DNA of 64,000 nucleotides from an uncultured Gemmatimonadota bacterium (lineage in GTDB: Bacteria; SM23-81; DAOVCL01). The first letter of the stretch is position 1. Every line of letters starts with the position of its first letter. This document shows, piece after piece, positions 45,106 through 53,924 of the stretch. The position numbers and the translations under genes were made by a program. The stretch covers positions 20,912-84,911 of the forward strand of contig CAZVGK010000012.1 of NCBI GenBank assembly GCA_964626665.1. Reading direction: 5' to 3'. Under the pieces are notes generated by a model that saw only the letters and a list, made by a program, of their open reading frames with translations, ran no database searches and was not told the origin of the DNA.

Positions 45106-45211
45106 TTCACCCCGTTAAATAGTGAGTTCAACCAAAGAAATTAGAGGTGAAACAGGGTCATTAGAAGAAGGCTCCAACCTTTGGAAACAAGCAAATATTT
45201 AACGGGGTGAA
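45106..45211. mobile_element. 106-bp MITE-like element with perfect 16-bp terminal inverted repeats
   Basis: TTCACCCCGTTAAATA (45106-45121) and TATTTAACGGGGTGAA (45196-45211). Confidence 0.7.
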
Positions 45212-45292
45212 TTTTACATTCGAAGCTTCGCCCAGTTTATACTGTCAGGCCTCGTCGGTTTGCCCGTCCCGGGCCGGAAAAGCGAAGCTTCG

Positions 45293-46318
45293 TTAATATA
45301 GAGCTCTGAGTTGCCCACAGGCCGCCCCGATATCCCTGCCCTTGCTCTCCCTCAGGGTTACCGTAGGGGTAAGGGGATAGAGCCATCTCTTAAAGAACTC
45401 CACTCTCTGAGGGTCTGGCCTCTTAAATTTGTTGTTGGTTGTGGGGTTATAGGGTATGAGGTTTATCTTGCAAGGTATCCCCTTAACCAATTTGGCCAGC
45501 CTGATGGCATCATCAAAGGAGTCATTAACTCCAGCGATGAGGAGATATTCGAAGGTTATCCTTCTCTTGCGTATCTGGGTAAACCGTTGAGCTGCCTGGA
45601 GTACTTCCTTCAAAGGATACCTTTTATTTATGGGCATAAGCCAATCCCTCAGTCGGTCGGTGGGGGCATTGAGGGATATGGCCAGTCCTATTTTTATCTT
45701 CTCTTTAGCCAACTTCTCTATCTGGGGGACCAATCCGGCCGTGGAGAGGGTTATCTTTCTTGCCCCCATTCCCAATCCATAGGGGGAATTAAATATGTTC
45801 AGGGATTTGAGCACCTCCTTGTAGTTCAGGAGGGGTTCCCCCATTCCCATAAGGACGAGGTTGGTGGGCCTCTCCCCGCTTAACCTCTCCGTCTCAATTA
45901 CCTGACCCACGATCTCCCCAGCCGTTAAGTTCCTCCTCAGGCCAATCTTCCCGGTGGCACAGAAGCGACAGCCTAAGGGACAACCCACCTGGGTGGAGAG
46001 ACAAATTGTCCTTCTCCCCGCCTCCTTGATGAGGACTGTCTCGATCTTCTCTCCGTCCTCTAGCGCGAAGAGGAACTTCGTGACCTGATCCTGTTGAGAA
46101 TCTGCCCTCTGGACCAGTTTCATCCTCCCCAAGTAGGAGACCTCCTCCAGCCTTTTCCTCAATCCCTTGGACAGATTAGTCATCTGGGCAAAGCCCTCCG
46201 CCCCCTTCTCGTATATCCACTTCATCAGTTGCCTGGCTCGGAAAGGCCTTTTCCCCAAGGAGCTGACTAATTCCTCCATCTCCCCTAAGTTCATCCCCAT
46301 AAGGTTTACCTTGTCCAT
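45293..46318 (-). CDS. rlmN: 23S rRNA (A2503-C2) methyltransferase RlmN
   Basis: CLSTQVGCPLGCRFCATG, MGMGEP, SLNAP, DIGAACGQL. Confidence 0.98.
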   Translation of the reverse strand: MDKVNLMGMNLGEMEELVSSLGKRPFRARQLMKWIYEKGAEGFAQMTNLSKGLRKRLEEVSYLGRMKLVQRADSQQDQVTKFLFALEDGEKIETVLIKEAGRRTICLSTQVGCPLGCRFCATGKIGLRRNLTAGEIVGQVIETERLSGERPTNLVLMGMGEPLLNYKEVLKSLNIFNSPYGLGMGARKITLSTAGLVPQIEKLAKEKIKIGLAISLNAPTDRLRDWLMPINKRYPLKEVLQAAQRFTQIRKRRITFEYLLIAGVNDSFDDAIRLAKLVKGIPCKINLIPYNPTTNNKFKRPDPQRVEFFKRWLYPLTPTVTLRESKGRDIGAACGQLRALY

Positions 46319-46452
46319 ATATCCCCAATATAAGGTGGCAGAAGCCCTAAGGCAAACTCATTTCCATTAAAAGTGGTTGACTATTCTGACTCAATCTTTA
46401 TCTTTGGGAGAGAGCAGAGGTTACTAAAACTGACAGTTCACAGCGTAGCGTA

Positions 46453-46700
46453 GCCGCAACCAAACAAGGGCCACAGATTACACGGATTTAACTGAATCTC
46501 TGGAACACGAATAGATAAATTTACCACGGAATTACACGGACTGCCCAGCTCACCACGGAACCTCACGGAGCTATATGAAGAAATTTAAGAAAAAGTTAGT
46601 TTTCATCTGTGTTGTTCCGTGGTTATCCGTGGTGAAATTATCGCAATTTACATTCGAACCTTTGCGTTCTCTACGCCTACTTTGCGAGCTTTGCGGTTAA
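46453..46700. repeat. GCCGCAACCAAA-headed composite repeat with 9-mer CAC(G/A)GA arrays
   Basis: Similar to the inverted copy at about 59630-59734; the head motif also occurs at 10114, 22217 and 39849. Confidence 0.7.
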
Positions 46701-46733
46701 AAGGTTTGTCCAAAAAACTTTCAGGGAGGAGAG

Positions 46734-47975
46734 ATGAAACATTTGGACAAGGTTGATCCCCAGGTTGCCCAGGCGATAAGCCAGGAGATAGGCCGCCAAA
46801 GATATGGTTTGGAGCTGATCCCCTCGGAGAACTTCGCCAGTCCTGCCGTGTTGGAAGCACTGGGATCGGTGTTCACCAATAAATATTCTGAGGGCTATCC
46901 CCACAAGAGGTATTATGGAGGGAATCAATTTGTGGATGTGGTGGAGGACCTGGCCATTGAGCGGGCCAAGAAGCTCTTTGGGGCGGAGCATGTCAATGTC
47001 CAGCCCTATTCAGGATCTCCGGCAAATATAGCTGTTTATTTTGCCTTTTTGAGCTTTGGCGATAAGGTTATGGGGATGAACTTGGCCCATGGAGGCCACC
47101 TCACCCATGGTCATCCAGTCAACTTTTCTGGTAAATCCTATACTTTTATGCAATATGGGGTAGAGAAAGGAAGTGAGAGAATCAACTACGATGAGGTGAG
47201 GGAGATCGCCTTGCGGGAGAGGCCAAGGCTTATCCTCTCCGGGGCAACCGCCTATCCCAGGGAGATTAACTTTCAGGCCTTTCACGAGATTGCCCAGGAG
47301 GTGGGGGCAATTAGTATGGCTGATATAGCCCACATAGCCGGTTTGGTGGTGGGAGGTGTCCATCCCAGTCCCTTCCCCTTTACCGATGTGGTGACCACCA
47401 CCACCCACAAGACCCTGCGAGGGCCTCGCGGGGCGGTGATTATGTGTAAGGAGCAATTTGCCAAGGATATAGATCGGGCAGTTTTCCCTGGGATGCAGGG
47501 TGGTCCCCATGATCATGTCAATGCGGCCAAGGCGGTTGCCTTTCAGGAGGCCCTGCAGCCGGAATTTAAGGTTTATACCCAGCAGATAGTGAAAAACGCC
47601 AAGGCTCTGGCCGAGGAGCTTCTCTCCCAGGGTTTCCGATTGGTTTCCGGAGGGACTGATAATCACCTGATTCTTATAGATCTGACCAACAAGGGAGTTA
47701 CGGGGAAACAGGCCGAAGAGGCCCTGGATAAATCCGGGATAACCTGCAACAAGAATATGATTCCCTATGATCCCCGCACCCCGTTTGATCCCAGTGGGCT
47801 AAGGATAGGGACACCTGCCCTCACCACAAGGGGGATGAAGGAGAGGGAGATGAAGCTTGTGGGGAAATTTCTGGCCGAGGTGATAAATGGCTTTGGCCGG
47901 GAGGAGGTCTATCAGAAGGTGAGAGCCCAGGTGAGGGAGCTTTGTGAGGTTTTCCCCCTCTATGCTGACCTCTAA
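46734..47975 (+). CDS. glyA: Serine hydroxymethyltransferase
   Basis: [38 protein letters not shown]. Confidence 0.99.
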   Translation: MKHLDKVDPQVAQAISQEIGRQRYGLELIPSENFASPAVLEALGSVFTNKYSEGYPHKRYYGGNQFVDVVEDLAIERAKKLFGAEHVNVQPYSGSPANIAVYFAFLSFGDKVMGMNLAHGGHLTHGHPVNFSGKSYTFMQYGVEKGSERINYDEVREIALRERPRLILSGATAYPREINFQAFHEIAQEVGAISMADIAHIAGLVVGGVHPSPFPFTDVVTTTTHKTLRGPRGAVIMCKEQFAKDIDRAVFPGMQGGPHDHVNAAKAVAFQEALQPEFKVYTQQIVKNAKALAEELLSQGFRLVSGGTDNHLILIDLTNKGVTGKQAEEALDKSGITCNKNMIPYDPRTPFDPSGLRIGTPALTTRGMKEREMKLVGKFLAEVINGFGREEVYQKVRAQVRELCEVFPLYADL

Positions 47976-48424
47976 TGCCCAGACCATCCTGGGATGAATA
48001 TTTTCTAAGCATTGCCAAGCTGGTTGCCTCTCGCTCCACCTGTCTGCGACGGAAGGTAGGAGCAGTAGTGGTCAAGGATCAGCGGATTTTGGCCACAGGA
48101 TATAATGGCGCTCCCGCTGGTCTGAAGCATTGTGCCGAAGTGGGCTGCCTGCGGGATAGGTTGGGTATCCCCTCCGGGGAGAGGCAGGAGATCTGCCGCG
48201 GTATCCACGCCGAGCAGAATGCCTTGGTGCAGGCGGCGACCTCAGGGGTGGATGTTAGGGGGTCCACCATCTACTGCACGATACAGCCTTGCATCCTTTG
48301 TGCCAAGCTGATTATCGGTGTGGGCATAACCAGGGTAGTGATCGGGGAGGACTATCCGGATAGCCTGGCCCGGGACCTGCTTAAAGAAGCCGGGATACCC
48401 CTGGAGAAGTTGCAAATAACCTGA
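47975..48424 (+). CDS. dCMP deaminase family protein (ComEB-like)
   Basis: [32 protein letters not shown]. Confidence 0.94.
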   Translation: MPRPSWDEYFLSIAKLVASRSTCLRRKVGAVVVKDQRILATGYNGAPAGLKHCAEVGCLRDRLGIPSGERQEICRGIHAEQNALVQAATSGVDVRGSTIYCTIQPCILCAKLIIGVGITRVVIGEDYPDSLARDLLKEAGIPLEKLQIT

Positions 48425-48527
48425 GGGGTTACCCCAAATTATCCATTATAAACCTCCCGCAGGTTCCGAACCTGCGGGAGGTTGAACCCAACCCAACCCT
48501 GGCGGATCCTCCCTTGGAGGCGGGTAG

Positions 48528-48585
48528 GTAGGGGTCGCATTTATGCGACCCGAATCTTGCGGGCTCCGATGAACGGAGCCCCTAC
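48528..48585. repeat. GTAG-type REP doublet
   Basis: GTAGGGGTCGCATTTATGCGACCC...GGGCTCCGATGAACGGAGCCCCTAC. Confidence 0.75.
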
Positions 48586-48776
48586 AAAGGTCAAAGAATC
48601 ATTGTTGCCAAAACTTGCTAAATTCAGGGTTATTTCAGTGATTTTCAGTGTTTAATGCATTATTCGGGATTAACTCTCAGGTAATCCCACTTGACAAGTT
48701 TGAAAGTGGGTGTATTATCTTTGGGTATGGTTAAAGTCCTGTTATCGTTTGAAATTTTAGGTAAAAGGATTATAGG

Positions 48777-49340
48777 ATGAAGGCTATCGATGAAGGGACA
48801 GGCTGGATTGAAGTTATCTGTGGGAGTATGTTCAGTGGCAAGAGTGAGGAGCTTATTCGCCGGTTGCGGCGGGCAAAGATAGCCAAGCAGAAAGTTCAGG
48901 TTTTTAAGCCAAAGATCGACAACAGATACAGCGAAAACCAGATCGTCTCCCACAGTGATCAGAGGATAGAATCGGAATCGGTGGGTTCGGCTAAGGAGAT
49001 ATTGGAGAGGCTACATCCAGACACCCAGGTAGTGGGCATAGATGAAGCCCAGTTCTTAGGTATGGAACTGGTGGATATATGTGATAGATTGGCCAATGAG
49101 GGGAGGAGGGTTATCGTGGCCGGCCTGGACCAGGATTATCGGGGCAAGCCATTTGAGCCCATCCCTCAGCTCTTGGCTATCGCCGAAGATATAACGAAGA
49201 CCTTAGCCGTTTGTATGGTCTGTGGCCGGCCGGCGAACAAGTCCCAGAGGTTGGTAAAAAGCAAAGAGAGGGTCCTTGTGGGGTCGGAGGGGGCTTATGA
49301 ACCAAGGTGCAGGAGGTGTTTTGTCCCCCCTAAGGATTAA
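48777..49340 (+). CDS. tdk: Thymidine kinase
   Basis: [24 protein letters not shown] and CRRC Zn sites. Confidence 0.97.
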   Translation: MKAIDEGTGWIEVICGSMFSGKSEELIRRLRRAKIAKQKVQVFKPKIDNRYSENQIVSHSDQRIESESVGSAKEILERLHPDTQVVGIDEAQFLGMELVDICDRLANEGRRVIVAGLDQDYRGKPFEPIPQLLAIAEDITKTLAVCMVCGRPANKSQRLVKSKERVLVGSEGAYEPRCRRCFVPPKD

Positions 49341-49756
49341 TGGGGCGATTTGAATATTTTGAACACCTGGCTGATATGGGGATAATCGGCTGGGGGGCAA
49401 GCCTCGCTGAGGCCTTTGAGGAGGGGGCCAAGGCTATGTTCAACCTGATGGTGGACATAGACCGGGTAGAACCAAAGGAGAAGATCCCCATCCGTTGCCA
49501 GGGTGGGGACCGGGAAGAGCTTTTCGTGGAATGGTTGAATGCCTTGCTGGCTGAGGCGGACATCAACGGTATGGTCTTCTCCCGATTTTCGGTGGAAAAT
49601 CTCACTGAAAAAGAACTGTGGGGATGGGGGGGAGGAGAGGGTTTTGACCCTCAGAAACACCATCCCAAGGGGGAGGTGAAAGCGGCAACCTATTCTGGGT
49701 TAGTCCTTGGGGAGAGGGACGGCGAGTTCTTTGCTCGCTGTGTGGTAGATCTCTAA
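49340..49756 (+). CDS. Archease
   Basis: FEYFEHLAD, EVKAATY, C-terminal VDL; directly upstream of rtcB. Confidence 0.95.
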   Translation: MGRFEYFEHLADMGIIGWGASLAEAFEEGAKAMFNLMVDIDRVEPKEKIPIRCQGGDREELFVEWLNALLAEADINGMVFSRFSVENLTEKELWGWGGGEGFDPQKHHPKGEVKAATYSGLVLGERDGEFFARCVVDL

Positions 49757-49768
49757 GGAGGTGAAGAG

Positions 49769-51199
49769 ATGGAACTAAAGAAGTTGGTTACCGAGGGGGA
49801 GTATGAATGGATTATCCCTCGTCAAGGGGAGATGAGGGTCCCTGGGAAGATCTTTGCCAACCAGGAGTTAGTAGAGGAGATGGACGAAAAGGTATGGGAA
49901 CAGGTAAGCAATGTGGCCACTCTCCCGGGGATACAGAAGTTTTCCCTGGCCATGCCCGATGCCCATTGGGGCTATGGTTTTCCCATTGGGGGAGTGGCGG
50001 CCTTTGATCCCAACCAAGGGGGGGTAATCTCCGTAGGGGGGGTGGGCTTCGATGTAAACTGTGGGGTAAGGACCCTGCATACCGGTCTGAGGTTGGAGGG
50101 GGTGAAGCCTAAGCTGAAGGAACTGGTTGACACCCTCTTCAGCATTGTTCCCGCGGGACTTGGATCCAGGGGGAAGATCTCCCTTTCCTCCTCCCAAGTG
50201 GAGGGGGTGCTCATTAAGGGATCCCAATGGGTGGTGGAACATGGCTATGGGGAGAAGGAGGATCTGGAATTCACTGAGGAGAAAGGGGTGGTGCCCGGAG
50301 CTGATCCAGGGGCAGTGAGCCAGAAGGCCCTGCAAAGGGAGAGGAGACAGGTAGGGACCCTGGGCTCAGGGAACCATTACTTAGAGGTGCAGTGGGTAGA
50401 TGAGATTTACGAGCCTTCAACAGCGGCGAAGTTTGGATTTGAGAAGAATGGGGTAGTGGTTACGATTCATTGCGGCTCGCGGGCCTTGGGACATCAGGTG
50501 GGGACTGACTACTTGAAGGTATTAGCGGAAGCATCCCGTAAGTATGGCATCCCCATAAGGGAGAGGGAGCTTGTTTGTGCGCCCATTGACTCCCCGGAGG
50601 GAAGGAGGTATTTCTCCGCAGTGAACTGTGCTATAAACTATGCCTTTGCCAACCGGCAGGTGATTACCCATTTAGTTAGGGAAGCTCTAAGCAAAGTGTT
50701 CCCTCAGGCAGAGGTCAAACTCCTCTACGATGTGGGCCACAACACCTGCAAGCTCGAGACCCACAGGATAGATGGTCAGGAGAAACAGGTTCTAGTCCAC
50801 CGTAAGGGGGCTACCCGGGCCTTTGGCCCCCAGAGAAAGGAATTGCCCCGTCCCTATCAGGGAGTTGGTCAACCGGTGATCGTTGGGGGAACGATGGGCA
50901 CGTTCTCCTATATCTTAGTGGGCACTGAGTCCGGCGAAAAGAAGGCCTTTGCCTCTGTCTGCCACGGGGCCGGAAGAAGGATGAGCCGCAAACGGGCTAA
51001 GAGAACCTGGAGGGGAGAGAAGTTACTGGATGAGCTCAAGTCAAAGGGGATATATATCAGGGGCCATTCTATGTCCGGTTTGGCCGAGGAGGCCCCTTTG
51101 GCTTACAAGGATGTCTCCGAGGTGGTGGAGGCAATTCACAACGGTGGTTTGGCAAAAAAGGTGGTTAGGTTGAAACCGATGGGTTGCGTCAAAGGGTAG
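49769..51199 (+). CDS. rtcB: RtcB RNA ligase (archaeal/long type)
   Basis: MPDAHWGYGFPIGG, GFDVNCG, GSGNHY, HCGSR, HRKGAT, HGAGR, EEAPLAYK. Confidence 0.98.
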   Translation: MELKKLVTEGEYEWIIPRQGEMRVPGKIFANQELVEEMDEKVWEQVSNVATLPGIQKFSLAMPDAHWGYGFPIGGVAAFDPNQGGVISVGGVGFDVNCGVRTLHTGLRLEGVKPKLKELVDTLFSIVPAGLGSRGKISLSSSQVEGVLIKGSQWVVEHGYGEKEDLEFTEEKGVVPGADPGAVSQKALQRERRQVGTLGSGNHYLEVQWVDEIYEPSTAAKFGFEKNGVVVTIHCGSRALGHQVGTDYLKVLAEASRKYGIPIRERELVCAPIDSPEGRRYFSAVNCAINYAFANRQVITHLVREALSKVFPQAEVKLLYDVGHNTCKLETHRIDGQEKQVLVHRKGATRAFGPQRKELPRPYQGVGQPVIVGGTMGTFSYILVGTESGEKKAFASVCHGAGRRMSRKRAKRTWRGEKLLDELKSKGIYIRGHSMSGLAEEAPLAYKDVSEVVEAIHNGGLAKKVVRLKPMGCVKG

Positions 51200-51363
51200 G
51201 ATTTGATAGGGGCGGTTTTCCCCTGCTCACCCTTGGTTGGGAAGGGTAAGTTTGTCTACAGCCAGGTTATGGGGAATAGCAAGGTTTGGTCAGAGGGTGT
51301 ATTCGAATATCATACAACCCATCTATACAAAATACATACAAACAAATTTTTGGAGGTGAAGGT

Positions 51364-51573
51364 ATGAAAGGCAAGGTCAAGAGAAAAGTCCCTGAAATTG
51401 TCCTCCGGGAGGGAAAGCCAGCAGCGGTCATCCTGGACATTGACGAATACCAGGAGATGTTAGAGCGGTTGGAGGATGTGGAGGACTTGAGAATGCTGGA
51501 AGAGATGAGAAAGAAACCACTCGAGTTCAAAAGGCTGGAGGGGTTTCTTAAGGAGTATAATCCGGGTGTATGA
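51364..51573 (+). CDS. Phd/YefM-like antitoxin
   Basis: GGAGG RBS; VLREGKPAAVILDIDEYQEMLERLED. Confidence 0.8.
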   Translation: MKGKVKRKVPEIVLREGKPAAVILDIDEYQEMLERLEDVEDLRMLEEMRKKPLEFKRLEGFLKEYNPGV

Positions 51574-51640
51574 AGTCTATCTTGAGCGAGCTAACTTCAT
51601 AATGGTGGCAAACAAACATATTATACGAGGGAGTATCTAA
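51566..51640 (+). pseudogene. RelE/ParE toxin N-terminal remnant
   Basis: A GTG start overlapping the antitoxin stop gives MYEVYLERA, a RelE-like first strand; unrelated sequence follows, with a stop after 24 codons. Confidence 0.5.
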
Positions 51641-51641
51641 G

Positions 51642-51827
51642 ATGAAAACGATAGCAAAGGTTAATCCTGAAGACTATATCCTCTCTGTGCTCACACCAGA
51701 GGAGAGGCTGGAAGCTGCTCTTAAGATTGCCAGGGTGACCTTTAGGAGAACTACATTAACAGTCAGGGATATAGAGAGAGCTGTAGAAAAGGTAAGGAGA
51801 AAGGCCTACGAAGAAACGCAGAGATAA
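51642..51827 (+). CDS. Small putative antitoxin upstream of the PIN gene
   Basis: 61 aa with GAGGGAG RBS; overlaps the PIN ORF. Confidence 0.6.
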   Translation: MKTIAKVNPEDYILSVLTPEERLEAALKIARVTFRRTTLTVRDIERAVEKVRRKAYEETQR

Positions 51828-52251
51828 GGTAGTAGTTGATACCGGAGTGCTTATATCCGCCTTTGTTTTCGGAGGAATTCCTGAAAGTGCAGTCAAGAAG
51901 GTATTTACCGAGGCTGAAGTATGGGTTTCTCCACAACTTCTTAAAGAATATAGAGGGACACTGGTTGAACTTGAGGTGAATCACAAGATCACCCATACTC
52001 AACTGAGGAGACTTCTTTCTGGTATTGCTTCATTTGTTGTTAATGCCAAAGTTGGAGTACCGAAAAAGAGTTTGTCCCTTTGTAGAGATAAGGAAGATAA
52101 TATGGTCCTTGAATGCTGCTTTGCTGCTGGCGCTGATTTTTTGATTACTGGAGATAAGGATCTCCTTGAGATAGATGAGGCTACATTGAGGACTGAATTC
52201 TCCAAGCTAAGGATAGTTTCTCCAAGGTTCTTTCTTGAATATAAGATATAA
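51808..52251 (+). CDS. PIN-domain (VapC-like) putative toxin; the conserved N-terminus has no canonical start (ACG at 51808)
   Basis: KVVVDTGVLISAFVFGG...CRDKEDNMVLECC...ADFLITGDKDLL; in-frame stop at 51793 and no ATG/GTG/TTG before VVVDT. Confidence 0.8.
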   Translation, partial: TKKRRDKVVVDTGVLISAFVFGGIPESAVKKVFTEAEVWVSPQLLKEYRGTLVELEVNHKITHTQLRRLLSGIASFVVNAKVGVPKKSLSLCRDKEDNMVLECCFAAGADFLITGDKDLLEIDEATLRTEFSKLRIVSPRFFLEYKI

Positions 52252-52512
52252 GGTTTCGGTGTTATAACTTTTGGTAAGGATTCCCGACAGCACAAGCAGA
52301 AAAAATTTAAGAGAAATGGCTTGACTTTTGAGAGGGGTGAGACTATTCTTGAATAGGAAAATTTTCGCCACAACCATAAAAGGAGGTGAGACCAATAGGA
52401 ATATAAATTTTGGGGTGGTTAAGCCGACCAGACTTGAAAATCCATCCTTTCTTTCAAAGGGTTGAGGGTTTGGTTAATCTCTTGTTCAAACCTTGTTAAT
52501 CAGGAGGCAAAA

Positions 52513-53637
52513 GTGAAAAAGTTCAGTTTTCTTTTAGTAACAGCCCTAATGGTCTTGGGGGCTTTTACCTATGCTATAGCTGCCGATCATCTTCTGATCA
52601 CCGAGTTCTGTGTTAGCCCGACCAATGCTGAGTTTGTGGAGATATATAACCCCACAGGCACCACGATTGATCTGAGCAACTATTATTTGACCGATGCCAC
52701 CCATGGTGATAACTACTACTACAACATTGTCCTCCAAAATGGCACTGCGGGGGCAGCAGGGCCAGGCAACTACTATGATTTCAATGCTAAATTTCCTGAA
52801 GAGGATACTATCGTTCCCGGGGAGTATCAGACTATAGCCTTTAGAGATACAAGTTTCTCCTCTACTTATGGCCTTGATGCCAACTATGAGCTTTTCTCTA
52901 CCGATCCCTCAGTTCCAGATATGATCCCGGCAGAGGACGGCTCTATTGACGACAATGCTGGCCTCACTAACGGCGGAGAAGTTTTAATTCTTTACTATTG
53001 GGATGGGCAGTCAGATTTGGTTGAAGATGTTGATTATGTTCTATGGGGGGATAAGGATGAAGCTGTGGATAAGACTGGGGTATCCATTGATGGTCCAGAT
53101 CCTGGTACTGCCACTTCTTCTTATTTGGATGATACCCCGATCGCCAATCAGGCTGTGGTCGGCGGCGGTTCAGATCCCCATGATTACGGAGAGAGCGCCC
53201 AAAGGAGTGGCATAACAGAATGCGGAGAGACCCTTACAGGTGGTAATGGAATTACTGGCAATGATGAAACCAGTGAGGATATGACCGTTTCCGGCGGCTG
53301 TTGGACAATCTTCGCAACACCTACTCCGGGAGAGCCCCCATCCGCGGTTCCTCTCGTTCAGGGCTCTTTACCTTTGGCCTTCTCCCTTTCCCAGAACTAT
53401 CCCAATCCCTTCAACCCGACGACTCAGATAAACTTCTCCTTGCCTACTAAGGGGCAGGTGAGGTTGTCCATCTACAACATAGTCGGCCAGAAAGTGGCTG
53501 AGTTGGAAAATGCAGAGCTCAATGCTGGGAACTATCGGGTAAGCTGGGAGGCGAAAGGATTCGCGAGTGGCATCTATTTCTGTCGTCTAAAAACTGGGGC
53601 CAATGAGAAGGTCATAAAGATAATGCTATTGAAATAG
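52513..53637 (+). CDS. Secreted lamin-tail-domain protein with T9SS-A-like C-terminal domain
   Basis: AGGAGG RBS, signal peptide, HLLITEF..AEFVEIYNPTGTTIDLSNYYL, TPG, C-terminal FSLSQNYPNPFNPTT...KIMLLK. Confidence 0.88.
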   Translation: MKKFSFLLVTALMVLGAFTYAIAADHLLITEFCVSPTNAEFVEIYNPTGTTIDLSNYYLTDATHGDNYYYNIVLQNGTAGAAGPGNYYDFNAKFPEEDTIVPGEYQTIAFRDTSFSSTYGLDANYELFSTDPSVPDMIPAEDGSIDDNAGLTNGGEVLILYYWDGQSDLVEDVDYVLWGDKDEAVDKTGVSIDGPDPGTATSSYLDDTPIANQAVVGGGSDPHDYGESAQRSGITECGETLTGGNGITGNDETSEDMTVSGGCWTIFATPTPGEPPSAVPLVQGSLPLAFSLSQNYPNPFNPTTQINFSLPTKGQVRLSIYNIVGQKVAELENAELNAGNYRVSWEAKGFASGIYFCRLKTGANEKVIKIMLLK

Positions 53638-53665
53638 CCAGCTTACATTTTTTTGGGGGAAATTG

Positions 53666-53694
53666 TTGACCTCATGGATGAGAGGTATTATATT
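53666..53694 (+). promoter_or_regulatory. Sigma70-type promoter
   Basis: TTGACC, 17 nt, TATATT. Confidence 0.55.
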
Positions 53695-53777
53695 TAAGCA
53701 GGTTAAAAGGTGAGAGCTATCCTATGAGGGAGAAGTCACGGGAGGCAAAGAGAGGAGGGGAATTCACTCTGTTAGAG

Positions 53778-53824
53778 AATAGGCTGAGATTACCAACGGT
53801 GTAAGGTAACTCGGCCTATTTTTT
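53778..53824 (+). terminator. Terminator/attenuator-like hairpin upstream of the 53925 gene
   Basis: AATAGGCTGAG-ATTACC...GGTAA-CTCGGCCTATT-TTTT. Confidence 0.6.
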
Positions 53825-53924
53825 GGAACAGCTTTAACCGTAGCTTGGAAAGGGGGTGATAGGCATAGAGAATAGATTTCAAGAAGGATCATCTATTTCA
53901 CGTCTTTTAACTTAGGAGGGAGAG

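Noticed and set aside
46453-46700. Repeated 9-mers as a possible CRISPR array
   Set aside because: Units are too short and degenerate, there are no regular unique spacers, and no cas genes are present.
47010-47666. 218-aa minus-strand ORF, and similar shadows at 39387, 45311, 60464 and 20351
   Set aside because: Antisense to well-supported genes, with no recognisable domains.
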